Shown here: piece after piece, positions 26,961 to 38,273 of the stretch | Position numbering within the stretch: position 1 is the stretch's first letter | Layout of the letters: each line of letters begins with the position of its first letter | From: Lingula anatina | Taxonomy: Eukaryota > Animalia > Brachiopoda | Direction of reading: 5' to 3' | NCBI GenBank assembly: GCA_051362555.1 | Contig: CM120642.1 | Location: 32,488,001 to 32,552,000 of the forward strand | DNA length: 64,000 nt | Translations under genes and position numbers: made by a program | Notes under the pieces: generated by a model | What the model saw: the letters and a program-made list of their open reading frames with translations, nothing else | The model's database searches: none | Told to the model about the DNA's origin: nothing

Positions 26961-28239
26961 TAGATTTATTTAAAATGAAAACCTTTGTTACACCAGCACT
27001 CAATAGTTTAATTATCAGTTTATGAACTGTCAGAATTATCTCACTGATACAGTGACCTCTTGTTAATACATAGTGTTTTCAGTCTATGGTGTTTGTGTTC
27101 CCACTCTGGTTCTCACCAGCAGAAATCCAGTGTAGGCTCAGATCAATATCCTGTTGTTGTTGTTTTTTTTTTTTGCTTCAATCTCACATCCCCATGTAGG
27201 GGCATATAGTGTACACTTTCATGATGAGACCGGTTGCAGAAATGAATAGAGAATATGAACTACCATAACTATAATTATTCATGTCTTTCTGCAATTTCAT
27301 ATCCCCATGCAGTGACACATAGGTGTACACTCTTAATAATGATGGGGTGCATACAGAATTAAAATTAAATATCTAAAATATTATAAAGAAAATAATCTTA
27401 TATTTGCCACCAAATCACATAGTTCCATGTTCTTTTATCTCAGGATATTTACACATACAGAATGCATAATGAATCCTTTAGGGGAGGGGGGGGGGGAGTG
27501 AGTTAGCCATGCACCCACCCAAAGTTTGTAGTTAGCATATGGCTATGCTTGAAGAAAGAAAAGAAGACACTATCTAGTTGTTCTTGGAGAAGTGACCACA
27601 GTATACTGGTAGATATTCTTGGAAAATTGAGAACTACAGACATTTTTTGGAGAAGTTGGGACTATATTAGAATTCTTGGAGAAATTAAGACTGTTGATAA
27701 ATTTCAAAAGAAGTTTGGACTTTAGAGAAACAGAGAATTAAATTCTACAGAGATATTTTTTGAAGAAGTAAGGACTATATAAACATATTTGGGACAAAGA
27801 GAGTCGAGATGTTCAGTTACATATTTCAAGTGCACTGCAATGTAAAAGAGACTAAATGCCAAACTTCAACATACATCTTTTCAATATATTCAACATCTGT
27901 CTTGAGAGTATTTAACCCTCTTGTACAATAACTGCTTAGTAAATGTAAGCAATATGAATTAATCAATTTCCCCAAAACATCTATACTAACAGTTTAAAGT
28001 TCCATGTGTTTTGAAAGTTACATTACAGCTAGAACATGTGTCCATTTTTTTTTTAACATTCAAAGCTTGCAGTACACAGCCAGAAGTGTTATTATGAGTC
28101 GGTATATAAGGGTGTTTGCAGTCTAACAGCTATTCTCTCATTATATTCCATTTATTTTTATATGCAAGTGTTTTTATCTTCACCCATTTATTCCAGCACT
28201 TTTGTTATGTTGTTGTATCAGGTAGCCATATCAGGATGT

Positions 28240-31200
28240 TTAGATCCTAGATCCTCTTTCATCACTTATTTCCCTGATTTTTACAAACATATATTTCATT
28301 GCCTCTTCGGACTGCCCCATGTTAAGAAGTACAGCACAAATTAAAATAAATACTACAGCAACATCAGGATGCTTGGGGCCTAGCAGTTCTTTTTTCAGTT
28401 TGTGGCATCTTTTTAAATATGGAAGTGCTCTTTTGTAGTCACCCATGGCTTGTAGTAAATCACCAATATTGTAGTACAAATGAGCAGTATGAAGGTGTTT
28501 GGGGCCTAGCACATCTTCTATCACTTCTTTGCTTTTTTTATAACAGTCAAGTGCCTCTTTGTACTCACCCATGTCTTTTAGTAAAGTGCCAATATTGTTG
28601 TATGAGGCAGCAGTATCAGGGTGTTTGAGACCTAGGATCTCTTCCCTTACTTCTAGACATTTTCTATGATAGTCGAGTGCCTCTTTGTACTTACCCATGG
28701 CTTTTAGTACATTGCCAATATTGCTGTATGTGGTAGCAGTATCAGGGTGTTTGAGACCTAGGAGCCCTTCTTGCACTTCCAGACATTTTTTATGATAGAC
28801 AAGTGCCTCTTTGTACTTACCTATGTCTTGTAGTACTCCACCAATATTGGTGTATGAGTAAGCAGTATAAGGGTGTTGGGGGCCAAGGACCTGTTCCCTT
28901 ACCTCCAGGCATTTTTTGTAATAGTCGAGTGCCTCTTCGAACTTACCTATGTCTTGTAGTACGTAGCCAATATTGTTGTATGATCTAGCTGTTTCAGGGT
29001 GTTTGGGACCAAGGAACTCTTCATTCACTTTCAGACATTTTTTATGATAGTCAAGTGCCTCTTTGTACTTACCCATAACTTCCAGTACACAGCCAATATT
29101 GTTGTAGGAGTAAGCAGTATCAGGGTGTTTGGGACCTAGGAGCTCTTCTCTTACATCTAATCCTTTTCTATGATAGTCAAGTGCCTCTTTGTACATACCC
29201 ATGTTTCTCAGTACATTACCAATACTGTCGTATGAGGAAGCAGTATCAGGGTGTTTGAGACCTAGGACCTCTTCATTTACCTGCAGGCACTTTTTAAAAT
29301 AGTCAAGTGCCTCGTTGTATTTACCCATGTTTTGTAGGACTTCACCAATGCTTCTGTCTGTTTTAGCTGTGTCAGGGTGTTTGGGACCTAGGAACTCTTC
29401 CTCTACCTGCAGGCATTTTTTAAGATAGTCAAGTGCCTCTTCGTACTCACCCATTTCTTGTAGTATTATACCAATATTGTAGTGTGATTTAGCTGTTTCA
29501 GGATGTTTGAGACCTAGGGACTCTTTTTTTTCTTCCAGGCATTTTCTGTGATATTCAAGTGCCTCTTTGTACCTACCTATGTGACTCAGTACATTACCAA
29601 TATTGTTGTATGAGGTAACAGTATCAGGGTGTTTGACACCAAGGACCTCTTCCTTTACTTCCAGGCATTTTTTATGATACCCAAGTGCTTCTTTGTACTT
29701 ACCCATGTCTTGTAGTACTCCACCAATATTGTTGTATGAGGTAGCAGTTTTACGGTGTTTTAGACCTAGGACCTCTCCCGTTACCTCCAGGCATTTTTTA
29801 TGATAGTCAAGTGCCTCTTTATACTTACCCATGTTTCTCAGTACACTACCAATATTGTTGTATGAGGCAGCAGTATCAGGGTGTTTGAGACCTAGGAACT
29901 CTTCCTTTACCTCCAGGCATTTTTTATAATACCCAAGTGCTTCTTTGTACTTACCCATGGCTTTTAGTACTCCACCAATATTGTTGTGCAATTTTGCTTT
30001 TTCCATTGGTTGACCTTCAAAAAACATGTTCATATCTACCTCAATTGATTGAAAAATCGAAAGAGCTTCTTGATTCAGAAATAGAAAATGGAATGTATTT
30101 GCAATCATTTGTAGGATATTGAGTTTGATTTTCTTCTGTTGTATGCCAGAAGTGCAGAGTTCCATTTTAAGCAAGGTGGCAGTCATGTGTAAATGGGGCA
30201 CCAGTTTTGACATATTTTCAAAAAGTGAAGCTTTAATATTTTGCACAATGTATAGCTGGAGCACACGACATATGTAATAATCACGGTATTTCTTTCGTGT
30301 GTGAGTGATTTCATTGTTGTCAGTTTGTGCAAGAAACTCTGCATACTCCTTCACCAAAGGATGCAGATCATAGGTATTTTGGACTAAACTCAAGAGTGAT
30401 TTAGCACTGAGATTGTCAAGGACAGATTCACATTCATCTTCATCCATCTCCAAAATCTCGGAGACTTCTTCTGAATTGAATGCAACAGGAAATATATGCA
30501 GTCCCCTTAACACCCTTTTCTCTGTGTCAGTCAGTGTTTCATAAGACATCTCTAAGCAGGTAAGCATACCTTGAGATGCTGGAATGTTAGGTAACTGAAG
30601 AGAGGGGAGGACCTTCATGCGGTTCATTTTCTCTAACACTTTTTGTACTGTTTTGAGCTTGATCTGGGTAGCTGCTAATTTTAATGCCAGGGGATTGTGG
30701 CCACATCTCTCTGATATTTCACCTAAAGCTTCTGTCTCACTATCTGTGGGGCTGATTGTATTTCCCCCCCAAAGGACTTCAAGTGAAGATGTTTTATCAA
30801 GGGGAGGGATGTCTATAGTAACTGTGGTTTGTGACAGAAGACTGAAGGATTCACGACTGGTGCATAAAAGAGTGATATGTTTTGATGAATTCATGACATC
30901 CTCCAGTAACTGCAGAAACTCTTGCTGGTGTGAATTCAAAACGCTGTCATTATTATCAAGGATAAGGAGAGTGTCTGTTGCTAAATTAGACATAGTTTGT
31001 GTAAATTTGTTCTGATAATCACAGTAAATATCTTTCAAAAACTGATTTGGGTGATAGTGCTGCACAAGTGATAATTTGACAGAATCAAGATTTACAACTT
31101 TTCTCATATCAATATGCAAGACATCTTTTTTGACATATTTTCTGTGATGTCCAACCTCAACAGCTATGCTTGTTTTACCTATGCCCCCCATGCCAGTCAG

Positions 31201-32691
31201 GAGAATGAGTTTTGTATCATTTTCAACATGCTGCAGTATTTTCTGCACCAGGTCCACTCGTCCCTTCAGCTCTGGAGTTCTACTAGGAAGGTCAGTAGAG
31301 ATGAGCTGACAAGGTGCTTCTGAAATTGAAAAGTAAACATGCAAGAAAAATCTTAACTTTAATGCATAAAAATGATTATATTAGAATTATAATTTCACAT
31401 TATTTAAATACTGGGGTAGAGTTTTGAAAGGTAGATTTGATGTTTTAAAATGAATGTCGGGGGAAATAAATTTTGTAGTTATTTCTAAACTCAATGTATC
31501 CTTCTTTAAAGGTACATACATGTACGAACCGAGCATCGGTGGAGCGTGGATTCCCATTAACACATGTAAACCACTTCTACTAGATTCTTAATTGACTCAA
31601 AAAAATTTGACATGCCAAGGGATAAACTGAATAGATCACTCGATCAGCCATAAAAGACCTTTAGACTGCTCCTTTCTTTAAATTTATGGTTGTAAATTTA
31701 ACCTACTTCCGTAACCTATTTTCCTTGCCCATTGAGATACAGCTTAGAATGCCAGCAGAAAAATCTGTTCAAACATCATTTTCGGGTAAAATTAAACAAT
31801 GCCTTTTGGTAATTCTCTTAGTTATACTACTTGAAACTATATGCTGGCATTTGGTTGGTTTCATGTGACTAAAAATTGACTTTGTATGCATCTTTAAGCT
31901 TATACCTTGTGGAATCAGCAGAGCACAATCCCAAGAGTACTACAAAGAACAGATCCTCTCGATTGCACATTTCTTCAAAGTACACTTGTGACTTTAAACT
32001 AAAAGTTTTCTTTATTTATATGCTGGTGGACAATCGGTATAATAGAGCACAGTCCCTCTTAGCCAAAAAGAGCAGTTTCTCTCACTATTTTTCATAGTAC
32101 ACTCGTTATCTGTTAAATATGTCATACCTGCTGCATGCAATGGATCAGTAAGCAACTTGTCATAGTCATCACTGCTGTAGATTGTGGACAGTGATAACAA
32201 CAAAGCTTTCAATTCTGTAAACTGGGTCTGAAATGCAGCATCTGTTAGACTGGCCCCCCGTGGGAAAATTTGTTGCGATATTTCTTCACTCTGCCAATCT
32301 GTGCCTCCATGGACATGTCAGTTGTCGGTGGATTCTCCCAACTGCCCTTTGGGTTTAGTGTTGTGATATTTCTTAACAAGACTACTGTAAGAGTCACATC
32401 TAAGTCCTTCAATGTCACAGTTGTGGAGGGATTCCCAGAAGGGTATAGAAGCTTCATTTGGCTTGCATTCAAAACTTTCATTTTTTTCAACTGTAGCAAA
32501 GTTTGATTTGCCTTTTGGTCAGTTAGAATATCAAACAACTTGCCACCATTTGAGGGATCAAACAACCCTGGATAAGTTGTTTGTAACTGTGTACTGAGGA
32601 CATCTTGAAGCACATCTTGTGATCGATGTATCAGTAGTCCCATACGCATTGTGTTTTCTATCTCATTACGTGGAGTGGCAGCAGTCGCCAT
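28240..32691 (-). CDS. NLR-like gene copy A: HEPN(DZIP3-type) - STAND NTPase - 13 TPR; 1-bp frameshift in the HEPN exon as assembled
   Basis: Exon 32691-32128 (564 nt, vs 565 in copy B), donor G|GTATGA, acceptor TTTCAG, exon 31319-28240. Walker A GMGGIGKT, Walker B LLILDN, CTSR, GHNPLAL, LHPLV. 13 full 42-aa repeats plus a degenerate cap. About 1214 aa if the frameshift at 32254-32259 is repaired. Confidence 0.88.
31506..31897. mobile_element. TTAA-flanked MITE (Kolobok/piggyBac-like) in the copy A intron
   Basis: ttaa-aggtacataca...tgtatgcatct-ttaa. The paralogous site in copy B (about 41890) is empty with a single TTAA. Confidence 0.85.
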
Positions 32692-33786
32692 TTTGTTTTA
32701 GGTCTGAAAAGAATAAATATCTCAGTGTGAAATAAGGTAAAGGTGTTGCTGGCTTTCATAAACCATCACAAGATAGTAGGAAATTTTGTTTTAATATTTA
32801 ATTTAAAGGGGGAGCCCTTCGAACATTTTTTCCTGGCCTTACAAAAAGCGATGTACATGTACTAGTTCTTCGGGAAAGACACAGCATATTGGTCCTGAAA
32901 TCTTTTTTTATTTCTTAAAAGCAAATTTGGCATGATTTGTCATTGGTAAAGGAATAATTAAGTTAATTTGAAATGATGAAACACGGGTCATTGTCTTAAA
33001 TTTAGTTAACTAAAAATGTTGTTTTTGGTTTTAAGAATATAGTTAATACATAAAGAAGTATTCAGAAGTAAAACAAGGAAGTATAGGATGAATTAATTCA
33101 GAAGTGAAACTAGGAAGTACAGGATGTACTAAGTTGGATCAGTATATAAATGTGATTATGCTGTATAGAAATGATTTGAGTATACACTAGCTAATATCTG
33201 GTGATAAAATTGTAAACAAATGGCTGTCTTAAACTCACCTGAGAATGGATAAAGAAATTCCTTGCTGGGAGCGAATGAGAACTACGCCTTTGTCACCTGA
33301 TGTAAGGTTGTCATGTGACATACGGGTATTCAAGGTCCAAAAGAATAACTTTTTTATGTAAGTGAAAGATTTAGCCACCAAAGTATGCAAAATCTGACTT
33401 TGAATCGGTAGCAAAGTCAATTTCTAATCACTGCCTTTCCTTCCTTGGAAAATGTTCAATTCCGTATCGGCATTAAACCACTTGACACAGAAATGCCGTC
33501 TTGTTGTTATCAGTAATGGCGCAGTTTTGTGGAGATTGGTTATTTACGTATCACCGGCCAAGTAGGTTACCTTAGGTCATGGTGTTCTTATCATTAATTT
33601 GACTGCAATTTGTTACAGTACTAAGTAGGTTAGCATTGTTGATTTGCTGCCTATAATATGGTTACTTCTTTTGGAGATTTTTTGCTACATTAAAGGGGAA
33701 AAAGAAATGCTGCGCTTCTGTGATTATATTATTGTTGTTGTTTTGGGTTTTGTTCTATAGTGCTATGAAAGACAAACACTCTGTTG

Positions 33787-34130
33787 TTAAAGGGATAATA
33801 ACTCTTCATATGAGATCTATATTTCACAATAAAAACATTGTGAATAACTCATAGAAATATAATATATTCTGTTTTACCTCAAAAACGGCAGTTATAGCTA
33901 TTATTCTGATATCTGAGCTTGTCTTTAGATGACGTAACCTCCATTGATGGCTATACTCTGTTAAAATCTCTTAAGAGAATTTAACAAAAAACAAACTTTT
34001 TAGAAAAAAACCAGGGACTAACTTTGAATGTAAAAATGGATTCATTAACCATTGGTAAGTATGAGAAAATTGTTGTTCACTGCAGGAAAATTCATTTTTT
34101 GGCCGAAACGAAGAGTTATTATCACTTTAA
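33787..34130. mobile_element. TTAA-flanked MITE (Kolobok-like)
   Basis: ttaaagggataataactcttc ... gaagagttattatcactttaa (1 mismatch). Lies within a segment absent from copy B. Confidence 0.8.
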
Positions 34131-37100
34131 ACAAGGACAATTTTTTACTTGAAATAATTTATCATTTCTCTGAACATGGTAGGCCTGCGCATAGTTAAAT
34201 CACTAGAAAAAGATAACATTTCACAATTCTCTTTCAGTCTTCCACACAGCCCCTTTTTTTTAAACAATTTGCACTTGCACTATGGATATACAATTATCCT
34301 AAATTCATCTTTTTCAGATATAACAGAAGAAAAATACTGGAGTTCATCCTTAAAAATCACTTGTCTTTTTAGCATTCCACTCCAGCATGTGAACTCCAGC
34401 AGCCATTTTTCCCATCACACATGGGCAGCATGAAACTGTGGAGTTTTCATCGTCCTCCCCTCAAAAAGTATTCCCATGGACCCATGTCTCAGCAAAGACC
34501 ACAGGTCATACTGCCTCTACTGAAAACTATAAGAAGGAAGGCAAAGGTGAGTTCTGGTTGATGGTTTTAGAAGTAAAACCACACAGATATGTACTCATGT
34601 TATTGTTGCTTGGTTTTGATCCTTTTTTTAAGTCAAAAAGTGTGTGATATTAATCTACCAGTACTGGTAGAATGGTAAAAACCAACCTTGACTCTACCAC
34701 AAAATAACAGGCCAGTGTCCAAATTGTCTTTTTTTTCAAAGTTTGTCAAGTGTGTCTTCTGTCAATTTTTTTTTTTTTTTATCAGTAATGGTAACAATCC
34801 TTGTTCTGACATGTTACTAGTCTTTCTCAACCTGTCATTTAAGACGTCAAATAAATTAATATATTTTTTTAGTAAAACTTTCCCAATGCTGGCTTTATTT
34901 CTTTTATAATTTTGATGTTGACATAAAATAAATTCAGTTAAGTTTACATTAAGATAAAGTTCCTGTCTGGCTAATATTATTATGGGTTAAATAAACTTTG
35001 TAGATATAATGTTCACTTTTTAAAAATTTAAAAATTGAGCCCAGTTCCTATGATGATGCATTTTGGCTGCTGGTTAATTTGATACTGGTCAGACTGTTGT
35101 ATATTATAACAAAGTGCATATTAAGCTATATCTTTTCACGCTTGTATATTTATGTATAAATGCAGTAGTATCTCTGCATATTCCAATTACCTACTTCTGT
35201 TTGGCACTGCTGGAACAGGAGCAGGGCACATTTCTTGTTACTGTATATACAGCTGTTTGACTTAGAACTTACAGGAATTACTCAATGTTATAAGATCTTG
35301 GGAGTGATTTGTGTATTCATGATATTTTTTCTGATGTTTTCAGAAGAAAATTTTGATCTTGATGCTGAATTTACGTGGCAGTCTGTGGCTCTAGACAGGG
35401 ATTAAAAAGATTATAAATTGCACTGTATTTCAGCAGTTACAATTCCAACTATAAATATAAGAAAAATAGTATATGCACATCAGCTTAGTTTGAAGCAAAA
35501 TCTTTATCTTTTGAATCAAGAAAAAAGTTGGTATACTTTTCAAAGCAACATTTATTACATAAATTTCACCTCCATTAAAAGTGACACTTAACCATTTGCA
35601 TTTGAGAAAGTGTTACATTAGAAATCTTAATTGTAGGTAAGTGGTATGCATGTTGTACATAAGTAATGCTCAGATTAAGAATAAGATGTTCATGGCATGG
35701 TAAAACTGTCAGTCCTTCAGTCTCAGACTGATAGTAGGCCTTCAGGACTGGTAAGAATGAGGTTCAAGTAAATTCTCTTGACTGAGAATAAATATTCTTT
35801 TAATTTGTTATAAACCATATTTATTTCGCTTTTAAGTTTAATATAATTGAAATGTTAAAAACCGATGCTTATTCATTTGGTCTGACAGTGTCCATAATTT
35901 TATAAGTTCATAACTAATGTGATTGTCAATACTAAATTTCTAAGAATAACATAATGACTATTGGTAGTAAATATAGTAATTTCCAACTTCTAAATATGAA
36001 ATGATTACAGTACATATGTTGAGTAAATAAAATATATGTATATGAATTTATATACATTCATTTTTTTAAAAATGAAAGAATACCCATCATAATTTTTGAA
36101 AACAAAGCAATGGCAATAACTATCCCCAAATAGATAAACTTAATATTTGTAATCTGCATTTGATTTCCATCCACAGTATATGGAGCATTCCAATTTAATG
36201 GACATACTAGTAAGCTTTGTGTACTGATGCACACCAGTGTCGTTTCACTTTATTTATTATTACTTAATAAACAGGTTATGTTCTCTTACATGTCGCAGAT
36301 ATGAATAAATACACAGATATCTCAATAATAAACAACAGTATGAAAACTATGCAACATTAATTGCATAGTAGATAATAATTATTAATACCATTAGTTGCTT
36401 CAGTTTCAGCAAGGCTAAATATATAATTAAGGAAACACTGAAAAATATTTCCTAATGATTTGAATATACCATTAATATAGACATTTGATCACCCAACTGA
36501 TATTTATTATTTAACCAAATAAATGTGTAAATATATGCATGTGCAGATACAAACTCACATTTAACACTCTCCAACATGAAGTTCTAACAATAAAGTTTAC
36601 CATCAAATATACAAACAAAAATACATTTCAACTCTTCAGTTATGAAAGAAAATCCTGGCACAAAGTGTGGTTCTTTTGACACCCTCCCCTCTCCCCCTGA
36701 GCTCCCTCGGCTTCATTAAAACATAAAAACCTTTGTTAAACCACCACTCAATAGTTAAATTATCAGTTAATGAACTACCAGAATTATCCCACTGATAAAG
36801 TGACCTCTTATTAATACATAGTGTTTTCAGTCTATGGTGTTTGTGTTTCCACTCTGGTTCTCAACAGTAGAAGTCCAGTGTGGGCTCAGATCAATATCCT
36901 GTTGTTTTTATTCTGCAGTCTCACATGTAGGGGCATATAGTGTACACTTTTAAGATGGGACTGGTTGCAGAAGTAAACAGTGAATTATAACTATCATAAC
37001 TATGATTATTCAAGTTTTCTGCTATTTTATATCCACACACAGTGACACTTAGGTGTAAACTCTTACTAATTATACAGAAATAAAATCATTTTAATATTAT

Positions 37101-37633
37101 AAAGACAAAAATCTTATATTAAGCACCACATTCACATAGTTATATGTTCCATATTTACACACACAAAATGATTAATAAGTCAGCAAAAATGTTCATTAGT
37201 TTACTGGTTGGATCATACATAAAAATTATCGGACACAAGCTGAAATATTTTCTTCACCGTTAGTTTAACCAGTGAGTGTAACATCTACTCACATCAGTCT
37301 GATGAAGGCCTTTGACCAGGTTGGCAGTAAGCTAAAGGTACGGAAAATATTTCGGCCTGTGTCTGATCATTTTTAAGTATGATTAATAAGTCCTTTGGGG
37401 GGGGGGGGGATATGAGTTAGCCATGCACCCACTCAATTATGTAGTTATTATGGCTGTGCTCAAACAAAGAATAAAATACACTAACTAGTTGTTCTCCACA
37501 GTATACATATCCTTGAGATTTTCGGGAGGAATTCTCGTAGAAGTTAAGACTACAGATAAATTTCAAAAGAGGTTAAGAATATATAGAAACATAGAGAATT
37601 AAGGACTACAGAGATATTTTCTGAAGAAGTAAG

Positions 37634-37635
<2 letters not shown>

Positions 37636-37700
<65 letters not shown>
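37636..37700. repeat. (TA)n microsatellite
   Basis: Seen directly. Short at the paralogous position near 27776. Confidence 0.95.
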
Positions 37701-37701
<1 letters not shown>

Positions 37702-38273
37702 GGGAGAAGTTATATCTATGGATATATTCTTGTAGAAGATAAATATGGATTAATAGATGAAGACTGCCAAAAGGCAGAACAAATTTTGGCATAAGTATAT
37801 AAGCTTAGCACCTAGCTATGCTTTATTTCATGGGCACAATTGGGGTGAAGAAAGTTAAGATGTGCAGTTACATATTTGAAGTGTACTGCATGTAAAGAGA
37901 CTAAATGCCGGCATTTTCAACATATTCAACATACATCTGTCTTGAAAGTTCAACCCCCTTGTAGAATAATAAATTTTTCCCATTGTGTTGAGTAACACTT
38001 TAAATTACAGTTTCATGTGTTTTGAAGAGTTACATTACAGAACGTGTCCATTTTTTAAGCATTCAAAGCTTGCAATACACATCCAACATTATTATTATGA
38101 GTCAGTAAAAAAGGGTGTTTGCAGTCTTACACCTATTCCCTAATTTTCTTCCATTTATTTGTATATGCAAGCTTTTTTTTATTCACCCATTTATTCCAGT
38201 ACTTCCCTGGTATTGTTGTATCAGGTAGCCCTTTAAGAATGTTTAGATGCTAGACTCTCTTTCCTCACTCATT

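Noticed and set aside
37550-37792. ORF with IYIYIY run (also 4070-4309 FIYL tail)
   Set aside because: Microsatellite translation artefacts.
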